A stretch of 63,290 nt of DNA, counting the filler, from Cercozoa sp. M6MM (taxonomy: Eukaryota > Protista > Endomyxa: Ascetosporea): the NCBI GenBank assembly GCA_040357565.1. It is 9 parts of 9 records of this genome, joined end to end, with 100 filler letters (N's around TTAATTAATTAA, not from the genome) between each part and the next. Parts side by side here need not be neighbours in the genome. Positions count along the whole stretch, not along the records: positions 36,908 to 41,844 come from JBDODJ010001017.1; positions 41,945 to 58,019 come from JBDODJ010000295.1; 7 more parts are not named here. One strand, written 5' to 3'. Of the stretch, positions 39,496 through 52,965 are shown piece after piece; position 1 is the first letter of the stretch; every line of letters starts with the position of its first letter. Below the pieces are notes generated by a model. The model was not told the DNA's origin. It was given only the letters and a program-made list of their open reading frames with translations, and did not search any database. A program made the translations under genes and the position numbers.

Positions 39496-40730
39496 TGTGT
39501 GCACCACGTATATGTGCTGACACAGGGCGCGTGCCTTGGAGTCGATAGGTCGCCGACCAGAGGCTATTCACTGGTTGCAGGATGCACTGCGACGCGACGT
39601 GCGCAACGTGTCTGCCAGGTGTGCAGTCTCGCTTACTGTCTGATTGCTTTTATTCAAGTATGTGTGTGTGGATGTGTTTATGTATGTGTGTATGCGTATG
39701 TATGTGTATGTATGTGTATGTGTGTATGTATGTGTCTGTGTGTATGTATGTGTGTATATGTATCTGGATGTGAAGTGACCTGCTGTTGCGCACGCGAATG
39801 CTGCTGCCGCGCGAGGAGGAGTCACTGATCCGAAGCCTCGTGGACAACAGTGGGAGCAACAGAAACATGAGAAACGTCGAAGGTGTCACTGTCAGAAGCA
39901 CCGACCTCGCACTCGACTTTTTGGCTGCACATGTGGCGGCACATCGCGTCGGTACGCTTGTACGCACTGGGCTCAAGCATTATTGCAGATACAATGTGCG
40001 AATAGATCGAGTGGACAACCGAAAACGGACTCGTTCAAAGTCGTGCTTTCATCTCCCGTATGTTGCGTATTTGTAGAAAGTATGGACATGCATACCGCGC
40101 TTCGTATCTGTAGCACGCTGGGCCAACGCGTTCGCGAGTCAGTCGGCGAATCCACGTCGGTACACTTCCACCCTAGATAAGTTAGGGAGTGTTGAATCAG
40201 CTACCCTGGCTGCCACTTGACTGCATGTGTGATCAGTTACCCCTGACTGCGTATGTGTGATCAGTTACTTCTGCTGGAAGCGCAACAAGCGCGACGAGTG
40301 TTCGACACAGAACGTGCCTTGTCGGCCACGACGACGGCACTGCTGCGCGACGCGTGGGACCTCGACGTGCTGCCCGAACACGCCCTTGCTCTGCTGCAAA
40401 AGGTAGGCGTGAGTGTGGCACCTGCAGTTTCGTGAATCTGTGTTGCTGCTGTGAGACAGGGCAACGCAGCGTCTCTCTACCACGCAGCTCACCGACTGCT
40501 TGCGTTGTTACCCGAGGTACCTTTCACTGTGATACTGGGTGGCGCTTACATTGTGCCAGATGTTTGTGGTGTGGCCATTGTAGCGAGCAGAGGCATGGCT
40601 GTGTGCGGGTGCGTACTACCTGTGTGTCGGACACCCCGAGTTAGCAGCAGGCTACTTGCGTCGTGCCACGGAATTGAACGATCTGGGTGCTGTACGTGCC
40701 ACCGCGTGGATCCTCGTAACATCTCTCTCC

Positions 40731-40766
<36 letters not shown>

Positions 40767-41790
40767 GTATTATCTATCTATCACTATATACATAGATGTA
40801 CAAATGTACCTGTCTAACCATCTCTCTGAAACACTCGCTGTTGTTTGCAGCTGGGCCGTGCGCACGCGCGCTGCGATCGATCTGATCGTGCGTTGCACGC
40901 CTTCCGCGTTGCCATGCAGCTTGCTCCTGGTGCATACGAGGTGTTCTTACTTTCTTGTATGGCAGCACTGGTGGATACACGGTGCTCACGTATTTCTCAG
41001 GCTCCCTTGGCGGCAGCGGCAGAACTGCGACGTGACGGCCGACTCGAAGCAGCGCAGGACTACTTACGCATGGCCGAAGCAGCAGCAGGTGTGTGTCTCT
41101 GCACTTTACTTGTGGTGATGTGGTGTATGTTGGGATGGTCGCAGCTGTGTCGACCGGGCCGTCGGCACCACCAATTTTGGCTTCACACTGCGTCGAACCC
41201 GCACTGGCACACGAGCGCGGCGTGCAAGCTCTCGCTCAGGTCCGCATGTGCATTTGGATCTTTGATCCGCATGAGTATAAGTATGCAGATTGGTGCACTA
41301 CATGCGCGCAGGGACAGCTGACGCAAGCCGTCAAGTGGCTCAAGTGCGCGCTTGATCGGATGCCTGTACTGAATTTTCCTTCGTGTTTGTGTGCGTGTGT
41401 GTGTGTGCGTGTGTGTTCGTGTGCGTGTACGTGTGTGTGTGTGTGTGTGTTTGTGTATGGAGCATCTGGTGTTGTTGTGTGTATTTGATCAGAAACACGC
41501 CGAGTTGACCACTGCCGCACTGAATACACACAAAGCTCTCGCAAACGCCTTGTTTGAGGTAACTACACACACCAGCACACACACACCAGCACACCAGCAC
41601 ATCAACACACCACACATTATTGGTCAATTGAGTGAGTGTCTGCAGTTGCGAAGGTACGACTTGGCACTCGAGGTGCTGTCGCGCGCACGCTGCGTGCACC
41701 CGACAGATGCCTCGCTGTGGCGAGATACGGGCGTCGTGTACCTTCATCGCTACCAGGCTTCGGTCGCCACTGCTGCCGGCTCTCGGTGCA
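38435..41790 (+). CDS. CDC16: Anaphase-promoting complex subunit 6 (TPR protein), divergent, 3' truncated
   Basis: ALFWAEKLVS, LLGKALF, LYHAAHRLL, AWLCAGAYYLCVG, DRALHAFRVAMQLAPG, EPALAHERGV, LRRYDLALEVL: the motif order of Cdc16/Cut9. Confidence 0.72.
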
Positions 41791-41796
41791 ACCCGG

Positions 41797-41844
<48 letters not shown>

Positions 41845-41944
41845 NNNNNNNNNNNNNNNNNNNNNNNNNNNNNNNNNNNNNNNNNNNNTTAATTAATTAA
41901 NNNNNNNNNNNNNNNNNNNNNNNNNNNNNNNNNNNNNNNNNNNN

Positions 41945-41994
<50 letters not shown>

Positions 41995-41995
<1 letters not shown>

Positions 41996-42705
41996 CAACC
42001 ACTACCCTTAAGGCGAGGCGGAAGTCGTCGCGACGCCGCAGTGCGTCCAACTCATCGGCGAACTCGACAGCCGTCATGCCCGGCAGCACGAATGACACCT
42101 GCACATGAACCCTTAGCTTGGTAGGAGGGTAAGAGGCAAAGCTCAAGGGAAGAAGGCACCTGCTGCCAGCGCCAGTTACCGCTGGTCTCCTGCACCTCAG
42201 TCACCTCGACAAAGAACGGCAGCGCATGCAGCTTCATGTGATGACACTCTTGCGGCACATGACTGCGCCATGTCTCCATCGACGTGCGCACCTGCACCGT
42301 CAATATATATTTTTCTTTGCCCTGCCTCTAGGCAGGTGGAAGAGCAGCTCACCTTGGCAGCAACGTTGGGCCCACTGTCGGCCGTGAATGGCAGATTGAT
42401 CACTTGCAGGGTCAGCACCGTTTCCGTGTCCTGGTCTGTCAAGCAAGTATGATGCAGGAGTACAGAGAGGAAAACAGGGAGGGGAAGGGGTACCCAAATC
42501 GCGCACCTCGCCTGCCTCGCCAAAGCAGCGCGTGCGCCGTCTGACCGCACGAACCGTCGGCTGCACAGGGACGGGCACCACAGCGACCGGCGCATCCTCC
42601 GGCAAAACCGACAGCTGCCGCTTCTGCGAGCACTCTGCTGCCTGAACCGACTCCTCATTCTCGGTCTCGCTCTCAGCCGGTTTAAGCCAACTATCACACA
42701 TCCAC

Positions 42706-42743
<38 letters not shown>

Positions 42744-44627
42744 GCACACCTATATCTCTATATACACACACGCACACGCGCACGCACACACACACACACG
42801 AGCACATGCATCACACACTAACCTGAGTAATAATTACCTGGGATTGAAAGCGCCCAGCACGCGTGCAGCCAGGCAGGCCTACACTTCCAAGTTTAACTCG
42901 ACATATCTACAAATCCAACCTTCAGAAAAGTTGAAGCAGACATGCCTCGTCAAGTGTCAACACTGCGCGCACTCGATATCGTTTGGCACTCGCTGCAGAC
43001 AACACACTGAGTCAGAGGCCATTCTTCCGTGCTACTCACACACATCCCTGGTACCTTGCAACAACAGTGCGAGCGCAACAGGCGTGCCGGCAGACTCAGC
43101 AGGCACCAGCAGGTGCAAGCGATCGTCGTGGAAGGCAGGAACCACTCTGTAAACATGCACACGTATATCTGTACTTCTAAATATACATATACAGTATTAC
43201 AGATTCGGACTAGCCACTGCGCGCGCATGTGCCGTCGTTAGATCGGCTTCTTGCAGTCCATTCACTTCGACAAGCCTGTGTGCAACGGGACGTACCATCT
43301 TCTGCCCCCCCCCACATACACACACACACACACACCCACACACACACATCCCGCCACCACAGCGACGGCCTACCAGGGCAGACGCGCGTCCAGTACGCGC
43401 TTCGACGACGTGAAGTCATCGTTCGCGCACGAGAACGGCGAGGCCGGTGCCTGCCCACAAACAATCGTATCCTTATCCTATCTACACACAAGATATTATA
43501 CCACAGTGAAGGCATCCGCGGTAGCCGTTTTCGTGCCATCATTTTCACCCCGAATAACGACTCGTGAGCTCAATGTCATTTTGCTGCCTTCCTGTAGTGT
43601 CAAGCAGTGTATGCATGAATGCCTAACTATATCTGTACCTATGTCTATATCTAGATTATATACAACTGTATACCTATCTATACCTCTATTTGTATCTATA
43701 CATATATATATATATATAGATGTGCGTGTGTGTGATAAGGGCGGGGAACAAACCACTTGGGCGTGCGTCTGCATGCCGCGGAGTCCTGGAATACGGCGCT
43801 GTCGCTGCGCGCTGCCGCGGTCCATCACAGCGTGCACCATCTGGAACAACACAACAGGTCTGAACAGAACCCAACAGATGCTAAACAGCTACTTTGTGCA
43901 ACGACGGCAGCTCACTCGCTTCCAGAAAGCGCACGATCATGAAAAGTGAGGTGCGGCTGCGCTGGCCCAGCTGGCGGCCGTCCAGTGCTTCCTCTAGTCT
44001 GATCGCACAGATACAACACAGGTGATATAAATTGAAGACACGGGGAGGGGATACAGATCATCGCGCACGTAGTCGGCGCGCACGAGCACTCCGTACAACT
44101 CGCTCCACGACTCGCCATCGTGCAACGACGTGTTGTACACCCTGAAAGGTATCAATGCCAACTCCTTTGTTTCAGGATACATGAGGAGCAGAAAACTAAC
44201 ATGGCAACCGGCGAATTGAGGTCGTTTCGAGCAGGGCCGGGCGACTTTTTGCCGGCTTTTCGGCGACGCTATGACGGCAATACGGAAGAGGGTAGATGAA
44301 AATAAAACGAGACAGAAGACAAAGCTACACTGATTTGCTTGGCGGCCTCGCGGTACAACTTGGCGTCCTCGGTCGATAGGAGACAGGCTACTTTCGACTT
44401 TTGCACCTGCACACACATATACACATACACACATAACACACACGGAGGTCTAACGAAGCAGGGAACAGGATGATAAAGTTACCGCACGCTGAAACACAAT
44501 GTCCTGGTGTTTTTGTAGGAGCGCCAAACGTTCTGCCGACCCTAGCCAAGAAAAACTTCGGATGAAAACCTTCACCCCACAACGAAGTTTCGATATCATA
44601 CAAAGAAGGGTGCCGTCGGCTCTGCAT
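41995..44627 (-). CDS. Large unknown multi-exon protein (3' truncated)
   Basis: Many in-frame exons (VYNTSLHDGESWSELYGVLVRADYVRDDLYPLP; DQDTETVLTLQVINLPFTADSG); start uncertain. Confidence 0.5.
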
Positions 44628-44701
44628 AGGGACAAGAGGAAGCTCGTGAAAAAAAAAACAATTCTAAGCAAGATCGTGGCTTGTTATACCTCCGCGTGGA
44701 T

Positions 44702-45350
44702 TTAGTGGCCAGGTCCCTCCATGGAGAATAGCTCGCATGCTTTGTCTCTGAGTCTAAAAGCACGCATAGAGATACATAGAAGCAACAGGTTCATCATATT
44801 TTGGGTAATTGCAGAAGACACCGTTGTACCTCGCGAGATGCAGAGACCATCGTATTCGCTGATTTCGAGCTTTGGCTTCTTGTGGTGAGGTGGTCTCTCC
44901 AGGTACAGTTCGCTGCGGCAAGTTCCAACAAAAAACGTTCCGTCTATGAGGACAGTATCATGGAGTTGCGGAGGTCCGTACTCAATATTATTCATCTGCT
45001 CGAGCTGGCCCAGCCACAGGCGTGCGACGCCGCGATCGCCCAGGCGTGTGTGCCACTGCAGCGGCATGTTGGCGTGTTGCTCTGCACACAACTGACGATA
45101 GTGGTGCTTGAGTCAAACGATTGAAACAATTAACGCTCGCAATCACTGGCCGGGCAAGCAGCTCGTCGGAAAAGTCAAGCAAGAGACGAGAAGAGCACAT
45201 GCGAAAACAGATCGATCGCAGTGCGCGATGGGAAGTGAAGGTCAAATTAAATATCGGAACAGTATCGGCCGGGAATCAGAAGATGAAAAGGTGCGAAAGA
45301 CCTTTTGGTGGTCTTATACCAACGGCTGGCAATGCCAAGAGCACACGTCA
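44702..45350 (-). CDS. Small unknown gene
   Basis: 129-aa ORF plus upstream exon-like pieces. Confidence 0.3.
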
Positions 45351-45598
45351 TGAAAACGGAAAATAACAAACCACAAAGTAAAACACACGTTCCGGTCTGG
45401 CACGGGTGGCCCTCCAATCTCCAATCCAGACTGCTATGAGCACCGTTCAATGTCTGGTTGCGTGATGACCCAATCGCGATCGGAGCACTTTTTGCAAAGT
45501 CAGGTGGCCACATCAAAAATCATTTTTCTACATCGATGATGAAGCAGGCACTAAAGTAGGCCCACCAACGTAAGCGAACGTGGTTTAACGCTGTTGAT

Positions 45599-48558
45599 AT
45601 GCGGCTGGCATGGTTATTACTGCTTTTGGTCGGTTATGGCTGTGCAAATGTGATGCGCGAGGGCCACTGCGAGGAGACGCTGCCTCGCAGGGCGCACTTT
45701 GACCGCGTGGATGCCGAAGTCTTTCGCGCAGACACCGAAGTAAAGTCTCCCTTGCTATCGCGCGAGTTCTGGCCGTCTCATTTCGCTGTGTACCGACACG
45801 TTGGGCACCCAGGTAGATCTGTATTCACACAGGTGCCAGAATGTGTTGTTAGAGTGGAACTGAAGTGTTCAACCAGACGCGTACGCGCAGAGTAGTACTG
45901 TTTGCTCATGGCAACGGCGGCGACTACTGGCAGGCACGTCACCTGTTCGACCTTCTCGAGTACCCAGGTGTGTCCGATGCGAATAGAGTTTCTAGTTGCC
46001 AAATATGGTGTGCTTAGATACGGAGCTGTACGCGCTGCACTTTGGCGAAGAGTTGAGTGCCCTCTCGGGTCTCACATTGTCCAGACAGGTTTACTTTACG
46101 GCAAGTGTAATCCGCATCTTGAGCATATCGTACCCGGGCGCTGTCTTCGTGCTGCTTGTAAACTGGCTTGACGGAACCACGTTCTACTTCTCTGACCTCG
46201 AGTTCCTATCAGGGTCATTCTATGGGCGGCGTCGTGATGCGAAGTGCACATGCGCACCTCCGTAAGACTAGGTCTATTGACATCGAGGCCATCGTGTGCA
46301 TCGGTACTCCCTCGCATCAGTGTACTTGGATAAGATAACGCAGTCATGGTGGGTGTGCAGGCTCACCCATGCTGCGTCCGGTCGTGCTGACTGATTGGTG
46401 GATGCATCAAGTGTATCGTAGCTACAATATCGACACCAGTGACAATACGGCCCTTCTCGCGATTGCTGGAGGTGCGCACGACACGCAAATTGACAGTGCA
46501 GGTATGGATGTCTCTCTCCGATTCTTCCTCTCTCTCTCCTTCTCCCTCTCTCCGTTTCTCCCTCTCTCTCTCTCTCTCTCCATCTCTCTCTCTCTCCATC
46601 TCTCTCTCTCTCTCTCCATCTCTCTCTCTCTCCCTCTCTCTTTCTCTTCATTTCTTCCACAGAGCATCTGTCGGTGAATCGTGCCTATTCAATTTTATGT
46701 AGACTCGCGTGTGCTTACGGGTTCTGTTCACAGTGCACATGTCGTCACCGTGCTGACACGGGCACTTCCGCAGGTACTTGCATGCTGTGTCTTTGTCGTG
46801 AATATAATGCACTGGTGTGTCATACAGGTGGACCACTCGGTGGGTCACCAGGCACTGACCTGGTGTACACCGCTAATCTCGGCATTGGCCCAGGCATTGA
46901 AGACACAGTTTTCCTCTGTCGACGGTGCCTTGGGGGCGTCCCTGGACACTGACGAAAGGGCCGTTACAATCGCCTCGACGTGGCGTGCGGTGTTGCTGCC
47001 TCCGGAAGGTGCCTCGATCAGTGATGATGACACAGTTGTGCTGAGTCGACGCTTCCTGGGTCGTCTGGTTGTCTCTGTTGACGATGGTACCTGTGTCCGG
47101 TAGTCTCAGTGTGTTTCTCATGGTTGATGAACACAGTGCCAATGGAGGTGTCAAACCCGCCAGTCGACACGCTTCACTCAATGAAACAAACGCATCTGGG
47201 GTCGCGTCATGGTGAGCACGGCCTTTACTTATTTTCACCCGACGCCGTACTGCCCCTCCCAATGCCAGGTGATCAAGTACACGTCTTCTGCGACGTTCAC
47301 GACGTCGTTGAACACGCCTGCACGATTCACGTTCCACGCGGAAGGTACTATCTGTGTCCTAACTCTTGTTAGTCTGTCCACCGTGTTTAGTAGTAATGGC
47401 AACGCAATTTTGGTGAACAATGTCGCTTCTGTCTTGGCGTCCGCCTTCTTGTCTCAGTACCGTGATAGAACTTTGTGTTTCTCACTTGGCAGATTTGTGT
47501 GCCTTGCTTTTGCCCAGATCGACACGCAAGCGAGAGGTGCTGCTGCACCTGGCGACAGATGCGGTGTACTTGGTGTTCCTGCCATTGCTACTGCCGGTGC
47601 TGTCACTGCGTCAAGTGGCACTGCTGCGTGCTGCTGCCTACACACTGTTTAGCACTGGTGCCCGGTTCTATCGGAACTACCGTATTTGTAAAGTACGTTG
47701 TGGTATCTGCACAGCGAGTCTGCTGCTCCAAATGACAGAGCAACGCACAGTTTCTGCCGATGACATCAACGACCTTTTCTGGGTGTGTCTATTCGCATGG
47801 TATTAAGGACAGTGTCGAGTAGTCATATATAGGGCATGCTGCCGCCCCTGATTCTGGACACACTGCGTGTGTGCTTGTGTGTGCTGTTGTTGCGAGTGAG
47901 TGCACTGCTGCTCTCGGTTTTCCGGCGCTTCAACTTGACGTTAACGTTGCTGAGGTAGTTCGACACCTTACCAGTTACAAGCTAAAATGTATCATGACTT
48001 GTGACAATAGGCTTTTTGCTTTGCTTTGTGTGATCCCTGTCATTCATACGCTTCTCGATGCATATGCGCCGATTGGACTTCCTGTTTGGTAGACTTCATT
48101 CTATATTTTTTCGGTAGCATTGACACAGACATACTGACATGTAGGCTGTGCGTGCACATTGCGCTGGCTGCCTACTTGGCCTCCTTGTCGTCGCAGCGGC
48201 TGTTTTTGGCGTTCTTTTTACTTGCTTCGCTGATGCTCACTCTACCGATGGCACTACCGGTATGTTCAGCTCATCCGCCGGGGCTATGGGGATGTGCTGA
48301 TGTGTTTTGATGTTCTTTAGAGGGAAACGAGAAGCATGCCCCTGAAGAGTCTGTGGCTGTTGTGTTGCGAGCTATCTGATGTCAGCTCGTGTCAGACACT
48401 GCTCTCTATCACACTGTCACAGTGCCTGCTGCTGCCTTTGGTATCGATACCACCTGATTGCGACCTTCGTGAATTCATGTTTGTTGCAGACTGCGCTGAT
48501 GACCACTCTGATCTCTCGGGCATTTACAACCTTCGGGTTGGCTTCTAAACCTTCGTGA
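45599..48558 (+). CDS. PGAP1: GPI inositol-deacylase (PGAP1/Bst1)
   Basis: VLFAHGNGGDYWQAR, ALHFGEELSALSG, GHSMGG lipase motif (about 46213), IGTPS, AIAGGAHDTQI, VGHQALTWC, C-terminal TM segments; last exon uncertain. Confidence 0.85.
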
Positions 48559-48966
48559 GTCTGAATTCGATACTGCGGAAGTCTGCCAAACAAGGCACTG
48601 CAACTGCAATGGAGTGTTTGTGGCAACTCGGAATTTGATCGATTCGCTGAAACCGAACTCGGCTGGCCATCATAGTAAAACGTTCGTTGGTTGCTTGCGT
48701 TCTGTTGAAGGAAACATGTCGCAGTGGATTCCGTGCGCTTTACGTGACTCTGCTCGACTAGCGAGTTTCAGACTTTCGTTTCCTGTTAGCCGCGCCAGTT
48801 CGCCCGCAACGCAATTCCATTTCTCTGCTGGCGCGGTGCGACTGTACGTACAATGAGGCGAAATTCGATTCGTAAATTAAGTTTAATAAAATCACATCAC
48901 AACGTCAGCTTTTATTTTGTTTTCCCGTCTCGGATCGTCCGCCCCGAGACGAGAGTTTCCTTTAGT

Positions 48967-50404
48967 TTACACGTGGGCCTTTCTGGCCTTGGTGCGCAGC
49001 GTGAAGAAGGCAATCGTGTAGAAGCCGATGGTGATCGCTGTGGCCGCACAAGGTCGAGAGTATCTCCAGGGCCCAAACTTGTGAGCGAAAGTAAAACTGT
49101 ACCAGCAAGCAACAAGAAGTTCTGCGGAATGTCATCGGTCGATACGGCCCACCTGTCGAGCACTTGCTGACCATCCGTAATGGGACACACAAGGTCACCT
49201 TGCGGGTTCTTGATGAGCTACACGCACACAAGAGGAGAAACTCGCACGTCAGAGTTTGTGAGAATCAATGGAGTACCTCTCGCTCGCGGCAACTCAGTTC
49301 GAGACCGTCAAACTCATTGGCCATCACGAGACTGAATGTGTACTGCAAACACAGGTAGACGCATCAACATAACATCAGCACAGCGCGGCGAAATAAAGGT
49401 TACCTTAAAGACGGAGATGTACTGCAGCCAGCTGATGAAATCCGGCACTGAGTCGAGGTTAACGTAGAAGCCGGCAAACTAAAACAACTCAATTTTGGAA
49501 CACCAACAAAACTCACTTCTAAAGGCACTAAGGTACCAGCATAGACGGCAAGAAGGCAAGCGGTGCCCTGCAAACAAAGCAACAAATGTGCCCATGCAGC
49601 TGTATCCGAAGGAGGTGAATATGGAAGCTACATGGCCATCGCAATGTTGACGTTCGGAGAGGCAGACGAAATCACCAGGCCCTGTTGACACAGATACGTG
49701 CATTCTCATCGCAAAAAAAAACACGACAACTACAACAAGAGCAGAGGGTACAAGTGAGTGTCCGGCAATCGTGGACATGGCCATCACGAGGTAGAAGAAA
49801 GCGAAACGATCTGTAGACAAGCACCGGATACTTATAGTATTGAAATCAAGAAGCCAAAGAACTCTGATGCATGTATAGTACCAAAGACGGGTTGGAAGCC
49901 GACACCCCAGTACGCGATGCTTCCCATGATCAGCGGCCATCTGCGCCGAACCAGTACGTAATTATCAGGTCGAGTCAAGTCAAGTCAATCAAGGTACAGC
50001 AGTTGGAACGGCAGATCGGCGATCAACTTGCCAATAAAGTAGGCTGGCGTCGTATACCTGCACAAGTACAGATATTCCAGCATGTAGCAGACATCGGGAA
50101 AAAGAGGCATACATGTTGGCAGCACGCTCACGCAAGAAAAGAGGCTTGTCGGATGGCTGTATCAAGTGTGCATGCATTAAAACACAATACACACGTTAAG
50201 CGAGAGAATAAGATACGAAAACAAGCGTCGTCGGAGTGAGACCCATCCTGCGGGAACCAGGGCAAATTCACACACGAAACAAATCAGCACAGGCAATCCT
50301 ACAAGCACGCGCCGACTGTGATAAAGAAGCCAAAGCCGAGTCGATCGAAAATCTCGGTTTGATAGCTCTCCAGCTGCCAGTACCTGTGCAGAGTATTACA
50401 TATG

Positions 50405-50486
<82 letters not shown>

Positions 50487-51038
50487 TAAAGGCAAAGGGT
50501 GTGTGTGTAAAGACAAAGGGTACATTAGAGTCACGATAGTGGCCATGAAGATCGTCTCGCCGATTCGAGCCTACCAAGAGTGCATAAAAAGATCAAATCC
50601 TCAAAAGATCAAAATCCAGAAAAAACGAGCGCACCCGGAAAGTGATCGGCTCGCGCACAATGTGTCGCAGCGAGCGCGATGTGATGGCCCGAACCTGCTT
50701 GAGCCAGGGCAGCTTCTCAACCTCGACGACGTCATTTTCGTCCTCGACAATCTCTGCCGACACTCGAGCAGAGTGGTCGTAGTGCAGCTCCCACTGTCGG
50801 ATCAGTTCTGTGTCGCAACACAGACACATATGCGAATATAGAGACAGAGAGGATAGGAAGGCACCCTGTCGAGTGGCATCGGCCTCAGCGCCCTTTTCGT
50901 TCATGATGCGCATGAAGTGGTCAGCCACGTTGCTGTACTTAGGCGGCGGCATGTCGATCTGGGTGAGGTAAGCACCCACATCCGAGGCGGCGCCTTGGTA
51001 CACTATGCGACCGTCCACCAGCAACAGCAGCTGATCGA

Positions 51039-51098
<60 letters not shown>

Positions 51099-52422
51099 GA
51101 ACAGCATTCTCGCTGAGTCAGGTCAAGTCAGGTCTACCAGGTCAAAAATCTCGGCACTTGGAGCGTGAATCGTCGTGATGATCGTGCGCTATGACAGCAG
51201 ACCATATAGAAGCAGCAACACAAGACATTATAAGGCGATGGTACGCCTCCGGTGTGTGCGAGGTCCTTGAGCACTCGCACCGTGTTGAGCGCAGTCTCCG
51301 AGTCCAGACCTGCCGAGAGTAACTCGTGTGTTAACTTGTTGTAAACTGTATCAAAGTAGCAGTACCAGTGGTAGGCTCGTCACAGAAAAGAATCGACGGA
51401 TCCGACACGAGTTCGACGGCGATGGAGGTACGCTTCATCTCACCGCCAGACAGGCCGCGCTTGGCGACGCTGCCGACTCTGGTGTTGGCGCAGTGGTCCA
51501 GAGACTGCATAGACAGACATTAAGGTATGTGTGTATAAGCTTGAAGTAAAGCCTACCAGGTCACGAATGATCTTGTCAACGCGGTCTTCTTGGACATCCG
51601 CCGGCACATTGGGCTACAGCGACAGTGCAGATTGTAATTTACATGAGCCAGAGACTTGACTGAGTCGTGTTGCAGTTGTACCAGTCTCATGTGCGCAGAG
51701 AACATGATGGACTCCTTAACTGTGGCAGTGGACATCAAGATGTCCTGCTGCAGCACGTAGGCCGCGTTCTTGCGCATAAACTTCTTGGTGACAGGGGTGC
51801 CGTTTCCACTCACAACGCCCGACACTACGCAGCAAATTGTATTGTGCACAGAACCTACCACACAACAAAACGTCATGTACCGATCTGGCGCGACTTGCCG
51901 TTGGTACGAGTACGAGTACTGCGCAAGGCCGCACATGTACCCAAGTACAGGACGGTAACACAGATCGGAAAACGCACCGCTTGGAAAGAATGTTCAGCAG
52001 TGTAGTCTTGCCGGCGCCACTCGACCCCATGCTACAGCACAGCACACGATGCATACGCGGACACAGATCAGCAAGACATTAAAAGGTACATGGCAGTGAG
52101 AGTGCCCGGCTGGAACTCGCCCGAGACTCCGTGCAGAATTCGACGCACTACGTGCAAGCATCAATAAGGCATGGATTGCCGGGAAAACAAGGAGGCCGAA
52201 CTCACTGTGTGGCTCGCCATTCTCATCGACGCCGTCGTCAGTCACCTCGAAGGAGACATCGGCGAACTCAAGTGCGATCTGCCGCTTGTTGTCCTTGTCC
52301 TGTCGGTACATGCAAGGTCGTTCATCCATTCCCAAGAATTTTAGACCGCACAGGACGGGTACCAAATCGGACGAAGTAACGATAACCTCCGGCGTAGCGT
52401 TACTTGAGGATGTGTCACTCAT
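48967..52422 (-). CDS. ABCG (White-family) half transporter A
   Basis: [78 protein letters not shown], then a C-terminal TMD. Confidence 0.93.
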
Positions 52423-52965
52423 CTTCCTCTCTTCTTCTTCTTTCTTGCTTTAACGCAGAGAACACAAGACCGTCAGAAGGAAACAGATGATCACGCGAGC
52501 AACGCACCACAAGGAGTGCGTTTACCTAATTCTGTTGCACGCACTCTACGGTAGCTCACACAACAAACACAAAACAGCGAAGTTAGCGTTAGGAAGTTTG
52601 CTGCCCTTCGCGCGAGTGCTCAGTACTTTGTGAGGTTGGGATGGCCAGCGATTGATTCTTGCAAGAAGATTCTGTGGGCTGGGGGAAACGTGTGACCACT
52701 CTACGAACGTGATCAGCTGCCACGCAGCCACGTGGCTGGTGACAGCATCCCAGCTCAGCACGACGGCTGCCCAGCCAGAAAAACTGTTCAGGATCACGTG
52801 CCGTTTTGGATTTGTGCTGAGCGTTTACCACAGGGCATCGCACACCTTCTTTCTGGCGCGCATTTCCAAGTCGCTAGACCTCACATCGCACTGCGTTTGT
52901 CTATTGTTTTGCACGTGAGTTTTTGTCGTCACTAGACGCCTTTTTGCTACCTTATTCACGCTCGA

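Noticed and set aside
40218-40268. Tandem duplication around a splice acceptor (TGTGTGATCAGTTAC twice); a similar duplication at 25543-25580
   Set aside because: Ordinary local slippage in introns; no evidence of function.
42879-42945. Possible GC-AG intron (minus strand)
   Set aside because: An in-phase GT donor a few codons upstream explains the frame equally well.
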